In this document: piece by piece, positions 9,294 to 19,974 of the stretch | Layout: every line of letters begins with the position of its first letter | Numbering within the stretch: position 1 is the stretch's first letter | From: Thermodesulfobacteriota bacterium | GTDB lineage: Bacteria; Desulfobacterota; Desulfarculia; JACQYL01 | Direction: 5' to 3' | DNA length: 64,000 nucleotides | Assembly (NCBI GenBank): GCA_963675595.2 | Contig: CAXXLZ010000002.1 | Coordinates: forward strand, 544,001-608,000 | Position numbers and translations under genes: made by a program | The notes under the pieces: model-generated | The model's database searches: none | Seen by the model: the letters and a program-made list of their open reading frames with translations, nothing else | What the model was told of the DNA's origin: nothing

Positions 9294-10675
9294 GGGGGTG
9301 GCACACCGGGGAGGGTGGAGGGAAGAAGTGCACGGGGGGGGCGGCGGGTTTCGGGTCCCCCTGCCGTTGTATTGGCCTAACTTTTATCTATCGTCACGTC
9401 CTACCCATTTTCCGGCAACAAAAAAGTGCGCTGTGCGGCCAAAACTGACGGGAATTACCAATTTACAGGCTATTGCAGCTGGGGTAGACTAATATAATCT
9501 AAGAGTCAGGTTCTCCTTCGTCCTCAAGGATTCCACCAAATGGAAAGTGAAGTCCTCGGGAGTGCTGCCTCGCTATGAATCCCGCAGTGGTTTATGGTGA
9601 CCGCCCTTGCCGATGACAAGGGTGACCATTACTGCCGACGCCGCCGTCATCGTTACGAAATTCTTTCTGGCCTTGTAAGCGGAGCGCCGGAACGATACAG
9701 ATAACGTAAATGCACAGACAGTGCAACACGCAATAATAAATTATATATTTTATATTGAACTATATGGTAGGGATGCCATTATCCCTATCTATTATAACAG
9801 TTTTCATCATCTATATCGGATCAGTATTGCTGATAGCAATAGATAATGATACATAGCATAACACCAAACTATTTCAAAATCTAGGATGTAAAACATAAAG
9901 GAGGAGAATATAATGAAAAAAAATCTTTCAGCCATAATAATACTTATAACCATCGCCTTGACCACAGGATGCGCCAAGACAATATGGGTTTACAAAAACA
10001 AAGATGATAATAAAAGTTTGACTTATAAGACAGAAAAACTCAAGGGAATCCCATTTTACAGAAAATGCGGCATATGCCGACAAACTATCTCTTTTCTTGA
10101 TCCTTGGTATGACATAAAGCTGGTTATTTACTATAAAAACCATGTTACGTCCGACGCCGACAACGAAGCCAACGCCGACAACGAAGCCAACGCTATAACT
10201 CTTGTGAAGCTTAGAGATATAACCGTTAGAGCGCAAAAAAACAAGGCAACAGATGACATACTGAAGGAAATGAAATTTATTTTAATGGAAAATAGAAAAT
10301 GTGATTCAGACTGTTTCAACAATATTATGAACCATATTAATAGACTACGCGAAGTCAAAAATGAAGAACCAATTATGATATCTAACACTATAAAAATAGA
10401 TACGTACGTAGACTATTCACATCCCCTATACATTAATTCTCCGTTACCGTGGTTTGGCAGCTCATCTTTAGTTGCAACACTAGCTTCTGATGGCACACTG
10501 ACTGAGGTTACTAGTTCACCTGTGTCTCCTAAAGCGGATGAGATTGCAAATATGCTTCCAATAAAAGAGTATTTTATGAAAAGCCTTTCTTTGCCTTCAG
10601 GGGGGGAGACTTCCGGAGCAGAACCCGGAGCCCAACGCGATGGCAAGGCCGAATATGTTGATCGTATATTGGACT

Positions 10676-12225
10676 CTAGAGTTTAGAGCCATGCGGGGCA
10701 GCCAAGTTTGTATAGAAGAGCATAGTTCTCCAAGACGGGTTGAATACCGTTGACGTAAGGCTTTGAGATGATTGACTGAACACGGATATCAGGCAGCGCG
10801 CCCCAAGTCTTCCGGAGAATCGGTGAATTCCGGTTGGAATTTTTTGGATTTCCGGTTCCACATGGCTCGCACGTTTAAGTTGCCGAAAAGACGACCGATG
10901 GCTGCGGCCATCCAGCCGGCGGTGGCGGGCCTGTTCTTTCTCCAAGGGATTGGAAACATCGTATAGGCCGCGTTGGGACCCAGGCAGAGCGCCAAGAGCC
11001 GTGGCAAGCCGTAGGCCAGGCACAAGATCATGCTCCATCGAGCCAATGTCTGCCGTGTCTGCTGCCAAGCATTTTTCAGTCCGAACAGGTGCTTGATCTC
11101 GTTGAACATGGGCTCGGTCCACCATCGTCGTGCATAGCGTGTAATCACTTCCGCGCCGTCCATGTCGGGATCGGTACTGATCAGAAGATGCCAATCGGAC
11201 CAAGAGGGGTTGTCGGACATAAACCGGCACCACACGATCTTGCACAACCGGCCGTCCAGGAAGCGGACTTTGGCTTTGGTTTGGTAGAACTGGAAAACTC
11301 GTTCCGAGCCGTAGGCAAAGAGGGTTTTCTCCACCGGACGACAGAATCGTCCGATGTTTTCCAACGTGAGTTTTTCCCCATACTTTCTGGGTCTGCCCCG
11401 TTTCTTCCGAGGCGGATTGTCCGGAGGCAAAAACAGGGCGGTATCTTTGCGGACTTGGCCGATGACCGTCACACCATCGCGAATCAGGGGAACCACCAGG
11501 GAGCTTTTCATATACCAGGCATCGAGCAGCAGAATAATGAGAAAGCGATCCGGCAGCCAAGTCATGAGAACGGACATCAAGAGCCGCGCCGCGTCCAGTT
11601 TGGTGGTGTTCCCTTTTTTGCGGATGAGCCGAAACAAGAGGGGAAACGCGGCTACCCGGCCCTTGTGGCGGCAGATGACAGCCAGAGAAACCCGAAGCTG
11701 TCCCCACAGGAATTTGGGGCGGTTGGGCCGGTGCGCGTGATCGTAATGCCAACCGGCGCAGGGAGCTTTCTTGGACGATCTGGGCAAAGGGAAGTCGTCT
11801 ATGGCGAACTCGATGGATCGGTTTGGAATCCGTTTCAGGATCAGGCGCATCCATTGCCGGGCTAGCGCAAGCCATTGGAATCGGCCCTTTTCGATGGCCT
11901 TGTAATAGGCGGTCCAGGACAACTGGGGCCGAACGGCCAGAAGCGCGGAAGAAATATGGCCGCCGCGGCAGACCATACATCCCATCAGGAGTTCCAGAAG
12001 AGTCGGAGCTATTCTGCACGGAACGGCCTGAAATAGAAAGGAAATCCACTGCGATAGGAGCATAAGTGCTTGAGCCGTCGAATCCATTGGTTGACCCCCA
12101 AGGAAAGGTTTCTTTCCTTAAAGGGCCGCCAAAGGCGGCCGCGCATCCGCGCGGCAATGTCAAGTACTTTGTTGTCTTTATTCGCATTTTTCCTATACCA
12201 AGGGTCGCCAGACTCTAAACTCTAG
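10676..12225 (-). mobile_element. IS701/IS4-like insertion sequence (1550 bp)
   Basis: TIR CTAGAGTTTAGAG / CTCTAAACTCTAG; 7-bp TSD TTGGACT at 10669-10675 and 12226-12232. Confidence 0.9.
10789..12087 (-). CDS. IS701-like DDE transposase
   Basis: FAIDD, LLLDAWY and YARRWWTEPMFNEIK motifs. Confidence 0.88.
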   Translation of the reverse strand: MDSTAQALMLLSQWISFLFQAVPCRIAPTLLELLMGCMVCRGGHISSALLAVRPQLSWTAYYKAIEKGRFQWLALARQWMRLILKRIPNRSIEFAIDDFPLPRSSKKAPCAGWHYDHAHRPNRPKFLWGQLRVSLAVICRHKGRVAAFPLLFRLIRKKGNTTKLDAARLLMSVLMTWLPDRFLIILLLDAWYMKSSLVVPLIRDGVTVIGQVRKDTALFLPPDNPPRKKRGRPRKYGEKLTLENIGRFCRPVEKTLFAYGSERVFQFYQTKAKVRFLDGRLCKIVWCRFMSDNPSWSDWHLLISTDPDMDGAEVITRYARRWWTEPMFNEIKHLFGLKNAWQQTRQTLARWSMILCLAYGLPRLLALCLGPNAAYTMFPIPWRKNRPATAGWMAAAIGRLFGNLNVRAMWNRKSKKFQPEFTDSPEDLGRAA

Positions 12226-12695
<470 letters not shown>

Positions 12696-13313
12696 TAAAT
12701 TTCGCAAATACGCTATAAACAACGACAGACCAAGGCATTCTTCTATTCATCAACATACGATTGATTTATTGACGTGCCCCTGGCATCTACAAGGATAGCA
12801 CCTGCGTGTCTTCCGATTCACCTTACTGCTTCGCCATTGCTCCGGTGTCGATGACCCGCGGTACAGGGTCGTCGACGCCTTCCTCCCTCCCTCACTTATG
12901 TTTCACCCGCCTCTCCCACGGCTTCTTTTCCTTCTTGAGCTTCAACTTCTCGTCTAGCAGGGGACCCACGATCAGGGGTTTGGCGACGTATTGAATCAGC
13001 ATGCGGAACCACCATGATTTCACCTGGTCGTTCACGGCCCGGCTCAGGGAGGCCAGGGCTTTGTTCTTGAGGCGTCTGCGTTTGTCCTCGCTGAGCTGTT
13101 CGATATCGATCTTGGCCAAGGATTCATCTCGGTTCGGCACGTCCTCGTTGTATTCAAACTCATCTTTGACAGTTGGAGGGTGAAAAAGTGGGCCTCTCCC
13201 GCCTAACTTACCGAAATGATTAGGCTGGCCTTTTTCCGAGGCTCCAAACGTAGTGCCAATATGTCCGATTTTTTCCTTGACTCCGCCGACCTGTATTCCG
13301 TACAATTTGTTTC

Positions 13314-14924
13314 ATGTTTGCACGCGTCAAAAAGGTCAAAAGCGGCGGATCCGAGCATGAATATCTTCAGATCGTGGAGAACTATCGCCAGGATAAGAAG
13401 GTAAAACAGAAAGTTATATGTACACTGGGTCGTCTCGACAAGCTCCGTGAATCGGGTGCCTTGGACGGGGTTCTTACCAGTCTCGCCAAGTTCTCCACCC
13501 GGAATCAAGTCATCAATCTTTATAAGGAAGGTAGTGTCAAGGCAGACTGGGCCAAGTCCTGGGGAACCGTTCTGGTGATCGAGAAACTCTGGAAGACCTT
13601 GGGGCTCGATGTGGTACTCCGATCTCTCGCTTCTCGCTCCGATTATCGCTTCGATCTAGAGCGCGCGGTCTTTGCCTGCGTCTGCCAACGCTTGGTCCGT
13701 CCGGGATCCGATCTCGCCGCGAGCCGTTGGATTCAGAACGTCCACGGTGAAGGCTTCGACGACCTGGAGCTTCAGCACCTTTATCGATCCATGGACTTCC
13801 TGGCCGAGTATCAGCCCGAAATCGAAAAGGAACTTTTCCGTCGGGGCCGCGACCTCTTCGATTACGGGGTGGATCTCGTTTTCTTCGACACCACCTCGGT
13901 CTACTTCGAGGGCCGGGGGCCGGCCGAGTTGGCTCGATACGGGTTCTCCAAGGACCATCGTCCCGATCGGAAACAGGTGTTGGTGGGCGTCGTCATGTCC
14001 CGAAAGGGATATCCCCTTTCCTGTCAATTTTGGGAGGGCAACACGGCGGACGTTACCACCATCAAGCGCATCATCGCCCTGGTCAAGCGTCGGTTCTCCC
14101 TGAACAACGTGGTCCTGGTCTCCGACCGCGGTATGGTCGGCGTCGACAATCTGGTGGAACTGGAGCGTGCCGGTATCGACTACATCGTGGGCATCCCCAT
14201 GCGCCGTTACCAGGATGTCCGAGGCCAAGTGGTGGACACTCCGGGCTACTACCAAGCGCTCACTCCCACCTTGTGGTTCAAGGAGATTCATGTGAACGGA
14301 TGCCGTTACGTCCTCTGCTACAACCAAGACCAAGCAGCCAAAGACGAGGCCACCCGATCGGCCCTTGTGGAAAAGTTGAAAACCACCCTGAAAAAACAGG
14401 GGCCCCAGTCTCTGGTGGGAAACAAGGGCTTCAGGAAATTCATCAAACTCGACCGGGAAACCGTGCGCATCGATCCCGCCAAGGTCAAGGACGACGCCCG
14501 CTTCGACGGCAAGTATGTTCTCCTCACCAGTACCGACATTCCCGCCGATGAAGTGGCCGTTACCTACAAACGCTTGTGGCAGGTGGAAAGAGCCTTCCGG
14601 GACCTCAAATCGGCCCTGGAAGTCAGGCCCGTGTTCCACCAACGGTGTCAACGCGTTCAAGGTCACATCTTCTGCAATTTCCTGGCCCTATACCTGAAGA
14701 TCGCGCTGCAGAAACAGCTCAAAACCAAGGAAATCGACATCCCCTGGGACCAAGTTCTCCTGGACCTCGAAGCCTTCAAAGCCATCCATCTACAGGTCAC
14801 GGAGAAGTCCTACCTCCTCAGAACGGAATTCCAGGGCCGCGCCTACCACATCTTCCAAGCCGTCGGCCTCAAACCGCCGCCCACTTTGCAGACTCTCCAG
14901 GAGCACCAAAACGTAGTGCCATAA
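13314..14924 (+). CDS. IS1634-family transposase (copy A)
   Basis: EYLQIVENYR, FFDTTSVYFEG, GFSKDHRPDRKQV, VSDRGM, YKRLWQVERAFRDLK and C-terminal NVVP. Confidence 0.93.
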   Translation: MFARVKKVKSGGSEHEYLQIVENYRQDKKVKQKVICTLGRLDKLRESGALDGVLTSLAKFSTRNQVINLYKEGSVKADWAKSWGTVLVIEKLWKTLGLDVVLRSLASRSDYRFDLERAVFACVCQRLVRPGSDLAASRWIQNVHGEGFDDLELQHLYRSMDFLAEYQPEIEKELFRRGRDLFDYGVDLVFFDTTSVYFEGRGPAELARYGFSKDHRPDRKQVLVGVVMSRKGYPLSCQFWEGNTADVTTIKRIIALVKRRFSLNNVVLVSDRGMVGVDNLVELERAGIDYIVGIPMRRYQDVRGQVVDTPGYYQALTPTLWFKEIHVNGCRYVLCYNQDQAAKDEATRSALVEKLKTTLKKQGPQSLVGNKGFRKFIKLDRETVRIDPAKVKDDARFDGKYVLLTSTDIPADEVAVTYKRLWQVERAFRDLKSALEVRPVFHQRCQRVQGHIFCNFLALYLKIALQKQLKTKEIDIPWDQVLLDLEAFKAIHLQVTEKSYLLRTEFQGRAYHIFQAVGLKPPPTLQTLQEHQNVVP

Positions 14925-15162
14925 ACCTTTCTTTTTCGTATAAGCAGCTGAAATTACTGCATTAGTTTTTTTGAACTGTCAAACAGGAGTTTCAGAGATA
15001 ATGTTTTGCAACGACAAATTCAATAATAGTTTCGGGTAGTTACCTCTCGATGATACGTAGAACCTACCTTCCCGCCCCTAATATCCAGACCTAAGCCCCT
15101 TATTTTTCAACGACAATCGATTTTCTTCTTGACATGTAGAACCTATTAGGCATAATTCGATT

Positions 15163-16881
15163 ATGCCCCATTTGTACAAAAAGACCTTCAAGGGTAGAAC
15201 CTACTGGTATCTTCGTGAGGTCCACCGCGTCGGCGGAAAGGTCCAACTGAAGTGGCAGAAGTACCTCGGAACCCCGGAAACCATCCTCGCCAAACTCCAA
15301 GAAGCCGAGACTTCGGGCAAGCCGTCCAGACTTAAAACAGAGTCCTTTGGGGCCCTCTTCGTGGCTCATGCCCTGGAACAAGAACTGGATACGATCGGCA
15401 TCATCGACAGTGTTGTCCCAAGAGGGCGTAACGAAACCGGCCCCACGGTGGGCGAGTATTTCTACTACGCCTGGGCCAACCGGATGATCGCTCCCAAGAG
15501 CAAGCGCTCCCTTGAGGAATGGTACCGAAAGACCGCCATCCAACAGATTCGTCCAGTGGATTTGACTCAACTGACCTCCGAGCGCTACTGGGAGAAGTGG
15601 GATCGCGTTTCCAGGGAACAGGTTGAGAAGGCCGGTCGGCTTTTCCTCCAAAGGCTCTGGACGGGTCGCCGGCAGAACCCCGACACCGTGCTGTTCGACA
15701 CCACCAACTATTTCACCTACATGGCCACCAAGACCGGTTCCGATTTGGCGGCAAGGGGTTACAACAAGAGCGGAAAACACCACCTGCGGCAAGTCGGCCT
15801 CGGATTATTGACGGATCGCACTACCTCATTGCCGATCCATTACAAGGTCTATCCCGGCAACCTCCATGATTCCAAGCTGTTCGAGCGGATTCTCGACGAG
15901 CTGTTCGGCGTGATCCTCGGCTTTGCGGACGGAAACAAAACCCTTACCGTCGTCTTTGACAAGGGCATGAATTCAAAAGAAAACATGGCCCGCATCGATG
16001 CCCAAAGCCGAATCTATTTCATTACGACCTATTCCACCTATTTCGCCGACCATCTGGCCGCCCTGAATCCCGAGCACTTCCTGGTTCTCGATATCCCCAA
16101 AAACCATCGGCTCGAAGCCGAAGAACGCCCCGAGGACAGACTCACCGCCTACCGGACCAAGCTGACCCTATGGGGTCGGGAGCGCACCGTGGTGGTCACC
16201 TTCAACCCGGTTACCAAACGCAAAAAACTTCACGATATGAGCCGGAAACTGGATCAACTGAAAACGGAACTCGTCCAATTCCGGCAAAAGTTCCGCGACC
16301 GGGAACCTCAATGGCGAAACCCTAAAGCCATCACCACCCGTTATCACAAGGTCTGTGAACAGCTTCATATCAGTCACAAATTCTATCGCTTGGCTTTCAC
16401 GGAAGAGATCATGAGCTTCCGAAGGGACTATGCGGAGATCGAGGCGGCGAAGGCCGTCGTGGGGAAGAATCTCATCGTCACCGACCATCATGATTGGGAT
16501 ACCGAGGCCATCGTCCAGGCTTCCCTTGACAGATACCGCATCGAGCAGCAGTTTCGGGTGAGCAAGGCTCCATGCCACGTCAGGATCAACCCGATGTTTC
16601 ACTGGACCGACAGCAAAATCCGCTGTCATCTTTTGACGTGTATCATCGCCCTCTCATGTCTGAGACTCCTCGAACTCAAGGTCGGTGGGTCCGAAACCGC
16701 AAAAACGCTCATCGAAGAAATGGCAAGCCTCAACTCCATCTTGAGCTGGCAGAAGGGCGCCACACAACCGTCCGTCCAAATCGAGGAGCCCAACGACATC
16801 CAAACCAAGGTGCTGAACGCCCTTGGATACACAATAAACGACGGTTCGGTTCTACAACTTCAAAGCTCATTTATGTCTTGA
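15163..16881 (+). CDS. IS1634-family transposase (copy B, divergent from A)
   Basis: LFDTTNYFT, GYNKSGKHHLRQV, VFDKGM, RYRIEQQFR and PMFHWTDSKIRCH motifs. Confidence 0.92.
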   Translation: MPHLYKKTFKGRTYWYLREVHRVGGKVQLKWQKYLGTPETILAKLQEAETSGKPSRLKTESFGALFVAHALEQELDTIGIIDSVVPRGRNETGPTVGEYFYYAWANRMIAPKSKRSLEEWYRKTAIQQIRPVDLTQLTSERYWEKWDRVSREQVEKAGRLFLQRLWTGRRQNPDTVLFDTTNYFTYMATKTGSDLAARGYNKSGKHHLRQVGLGLLTDRTTSLPIHYKVYPGNLHDSKLFERILDELFGVILGFADGNKTLTVVFDKGMNSKENMARIDAQSRIYFITTYSTYFADHLAALNPEHFLVLDIPKNHRLEAEERPEDRLTAYRTKLTLWGRERTVVVTFNPVTKRKKLHDMSRKLDQLKTELVQFRQKFRDREPQWRNPKAITTRYHKVCEQLHISHKFYRLAFTEEIMSFRRDYAEIEAAKAVVGKNLIVTDHHDWDTEAIVQASLDRYRIEQQFRVSKAPCHVRINPMFHWTDSKIRCHLLTCIIALSCLRLLELKVGGSETAKTLIEEMASLNSILSWQKGATQPSVQIEEPNDIQTKVLNALGYTINDGSVLQLQSSFMS

Positions 16882-17532
16882 TTTCAGCTAATTGAGTACT
16901 GTCTTCTTCGACAACTCTGAAACTCCTGTCAAAGATCAGTCAAAGCGGTTCAGGGGCAGGTGGTCGGGTCCCAAACCGCCCTTTTTGAGCACGTCGAGAA
17001 ATTCTTTCCGAGCCTTTTCCCGGCCCACGATGTAGTCGAAACGGCGGTATCGCCTCTTGTATGGTTGGTTTCCGTTCCACGAAGATTTACCGGTTCGTAT
17101 GGCAGTTTTTGGCCCAGGATCGCGACGGTCATGCCTCCCGCCGAAGCACCGCTGATCACGTCGATTTCGATGCGATGGTCGGAATCCGACGGCAGGCTGA
17201 GATTGTGCTGCCCCAAGGCCTGGACCACCACGGCCGGCTGGTGCCGGCCCATGACGGATACCTCCTGCGACGGTTGGGTTGGGTTTCGGGTTTGGAAAAA
17301 GATTGTCGGGGATAGGTCTTCGTGTCCGTTTGTTTCAGGGCGGCCACTAGGGGTAGGCCATAGTGCCTACTCGAAACTACGGCCGCAGGCCGACTTTTCG
17401 TGCTTCGGTCCGGGGCAGGAGGATTGGCGAGGCCGCTCCGGAGGTGCGGCCATGCTTGGAAGTTTTGCGGGGGGTCCGGGAGGTGCTTTTCCAAAAGCAT
17501 CCCCCGGTAGGGCGGATCGATGCCTTCGACCG

Positions 17533-18039
17533 CTAATACACCGGCACCAGGGCATAGCCGTTGGTTTCATACCCGATGAGGGAAATCCAGCCGTTGTCCA
17601 CTTTTGTGAGTTCCGGCATGATGGACGCCGGATCCAGGTTCATGACCTGCACCGCCACCAGGCACACTTCCAGTTTGATTCCGTCCTTGCCCATTTGGGT
17701 GATGATGGTGGAGATACCGTCCAGCAGGGCCCGGTCGTCCACCGAAAGCCCGTCCCGGTTGGTGTTGAGCAGATTCACCGACGCGCCCATGAAAATCACC
17801 ACGAAATCCGGCTGGTCCGAGATTTTGCGGATGGCGGCGTCGTGAAAGGTATCCAGAATCAGTTTAAGATGAATCGCCGCGGTTTTCAGGTTCGCATCGC
17901 GCATGTCGAAAACCACCTTCATGGTGTCCACGCCCTTGAGGCTCTCGTAATCACCGGCGGACGCGGTAGGAATCCCCGCAAACGCCGCACACAAGGCAAA
18001 CACCAAACCCAGGGCCAATACCTTCCCTCTTTTGTTCAT
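17533..18039 (-). CDS. Secreted DsrE-family protein
   Basis: Signal peptide; KVVFD, VIFMGASV, LEVC and NGWISLIGY motifs; RBS AAGGAG before ATG 18039. Confidence 0.8.
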   Translation of the reverse strand: MNKRGKVLALGLVFALCAAFAGIPTASAGDYESLKGVDTMKVVFDMRDANLKTAAIHLKLILDTFHDAAIRKISDQPDFVVIFMGASVNLLNTNRDGLSVDDRALLDGISTIITQMGKDGIKLEVCLVAVQVMNLDPASIMPELTKVDNGWISLIGYETNGYALVPVY

Positions 18040-18175
18040 GATGATTCTCCTTTGCTTTACAGCCGTTTTGGGGAAAACCCCGTGCACGTCTTCACAGGAT
18101 CGCCGGGGGACCCATGTTCCCTCGGCCCCCTTATCCGCCGGTTTGTGGGATCGGAGCACTTAAGCCGCGACGCCC

Positions 18176-19108
18176 TCAAATCAAGCGTCCCAAAGCCCCG
18201 CTCAGCCGTTCCAGTTGCCGGTCCGTCACCAGACTGCGCAGAAGGGACTGAAAACGAGGATGCTCCACGCCGGAAAAGATGTATTGCCTTCGATAAGCCT
18301 GCAAGAAAACGGTTTCCGCCCGCTGTGCCTCATCCTCGGTGAAAGGTCGCCCGCAGGACTTGATCAGGTATTCGGCGTCGGACTTGCTCTGCGCCTGCAA
18401 AATACCGTCCACCGCTCCCACCAGCTCGATGGTTTCGTCCACGGCCAGGTCCCGTTCCACGGGCGACAGCCTTTTGTCCTCCCGAGGCCATTCCAGGGCG
18501 TCCAGGTAGGCGTGATGGGCCTCCTCCTTCCAATGATACAGGAACACGTCCTTGTAGAGTTCGGACAGGTTTTCGTCCGGTTCGATGCTTTGCTTGTAGT
18601 GTTCCTGGGTGAACAGCTCGATCGCGTACATGAGGGCCAACACCGCCCAGGTGGACTTCTCGAGAACCGCGCCGGCAACCACGTTGGGGTTCCAATGGAA
18701 CGTGTAGCCCGGGGGCATGCCTTCGGCCATTATGAGTTCGATCCTGCGGAACAGCTCCTGGTGCTTCAGTTCCTCGTCGCAGAACCGAATGAGCGCTTCC
18801 AGGGCCGTCTGGTCCCCCAGTCGATGGTCGCGGGCCAGGTCCAGGACTTTGCCCACAATGAAGCGTTCCACGAACCCGAACATATTGGCGTAGGTCCTGC
18901 CCTGGATTTGGGCGGCCGTCGTCTTTTCGGAATCGGTGAGAAAGTCCAGCATGGGAACTTTGGAAAGACCGTCGGGCAGGAACTTTTTCGAGAAATCGAA
19001 GGAGCGCCCCCGAAGGACATCACGGTCGATGTCCCATCGAATGCGCTTGGACCCTTCCACGGCCCGGGCATAGAGTTCCGTATCCACGGAATCAACGTAG
19101 GTTTCCAT
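18176..19108 (-). CDS. Ferritin-like diiron protein (AurF-like)
   Basis: Paired ExxH ligand motifs DEELKHQ and EEAHHA, plus IELFTQEHY. Confidence 0.75.
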   Translation of the reverse strand: METYVDSVDTELYARAVEGSKRIRWDIDRDVLRGRSFDFSKKFLPDGLSKVPMLDFLTDSEKTTAAQIQGRTYANMFGFVERFIVGKVLDLARDHRLGDQTALEALIRFCDEELKHQELFRRIELIMAEGMPPGYTFHWNPNVVAGAVLEKSTWAVLALMYAIELFTQEHYKQSIEPDENLSELYKDVFLYHWKEEAHHAYLDALEWPREDKRLSPVERDLAVDETIELVGAVDGILQAQSKSDAEYLIKSCGRPFTEDEAQRAETVFLQAYRRQYIFSGVEHPRFQSLLRSLVTDRQLERLSGALGRLI

Positions 19109-19346
19109 GTCCGCCTCGGCTCCTCTTCGGTAAGGGGAAGGTTCCGGAGGGTGTCCCGCAATCCGGGTCGGTAGGATTCGGGTTTATACTAAATATATGC
19201 CGGCCGCGAAGAGGGGTATATTGGGGATTCGCTGTATTTGGATTTCGGTTTCAGGGTATTCGGGAGGAGCTTTTCAGGATATGGGAAGGTTGCCGTGAGC
19301 GGCCGCCCTTGCCGGCCCCTGCGGAAGCCCGGTTGTCGCGGGCCGG

Positions 19347-19721
19347 TTACGCCTCTTCGTCCACCATGAGGCCTTCCCCCGCTTCGAGGCGGGCCACCCA
19401 CGTGTAGAATCGGTCCGGATCCATCTTCTGCTTCAGGTTCTGTTTGACGCGCCCGGCCGCATCCAGGACCACCAGGTCGATGAACACGTCCCCGCCTTCG
19501 CGGTAGACACAGAAACGATAGGGAGAACCCGACTTTTCCAGGATTTGGTGGGAACGCTCGGCCGCTTCGAGGAGTTCTTCGAACGACCCCGGCGTCTCGC
19601 GGCGCTCCTCTTCCTTGTGCCGTCCTCGCCTTCGGTCGGGCAATTCGGAATGGGTTCGAGGATGCACGGGATCGGATTCCATCACCCGATCCACGGGCGG
19701 AGTGAGTTCGTCGTCCATCAT
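19347..19721 (-). CDS. Hypothetical protein, possibly FlaG-like
   Basis: RBS GGAGG before ATG 19721; YRFCVY...GEGLMVDEEA C-terminus resembles FlaG ends. Confidence 0.55.
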   Translation of the reverse strand: MMDDELTPPVDRVMESDPVHPRTHSELPDRRRGRHKEEERRETPGSFEELLEAAERSHQILEKSGSPYRFCVYREGGDVFIDLVVLDAAGRVKQNLKQKMDPDRFYTWVARLEAGEGLMVDEEA

Positions 19722-19761
19722 GAAATTTCCTCCGGTGTGGGCCGCCGGCGATTTTAGGTAA

Positions 19762-19915
19762 TCCTTCACGGGGGACCTTTGTATTGAGTCACAACGTCTC
19801 CGGGGGAACACTGTTCCCCCGGCCCCCCTGACGCGGGCTCCGTCCCTGACGGGACGAAGCCGACCCGGGTGTTCTTGAGGTGCAACGCTTTCGTCGAAAG
19901 ATCCCACGATTGCGG
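19762..19915 (-). repeat. Intergenic repeat R3 (inverted copy)
   Basis: Reverse complement aligns to 44560-44672 and to the flanks of IS4 copy 2. Confidence 0.7.
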
Positions 19916-19974
19916 ACCTGAAAAGTCGTGCGGAGAGAGCTCTTGAACCCGTAATCGCGTACGATGTCGGAATC

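Larger units (their letters stand above)
13159..16939. mobile_element. Composite IS1634 block bounded by two inverted IS1634-like ends
   Basis: CTCATCTTTGACAG at 13159 and CTGTCAAAGATCAG ending at 16939; 5-bp direct repeat TCAAA at 13154-13158 and 16940-16944. Confidence 0.7.
12892..17252 (-). pseudogene. Patatin-like phospholipase remnant split by the IS1634 block (13159-16939) and internally deleted
   Basis: IDVISGASAGGMT nucleophile elbow at ~17.13-17.17 kb; rejoining at TSD TCAAA gives ...YRRFDYIVGREKARKEFLDVLKKGGLGPDHLPLNRFEYNEDVPNRDESL...; 5' limit uncertain. Confidence 0.65.

Noticed and set aside
15055-15090. AACCTACC..CGCCCC similarity to 51310-51325
   Set aside because: Too short and gapped to distinguish from chance.
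16960-18342. 460-aa plus-strand ORF and other long antisense ORFs (e.g. 27153-28730, 52577-54637)
   Set aside because: Shadow ORFs opposite well-supported genes in GC-rich DNA, with no recognisable motifs.
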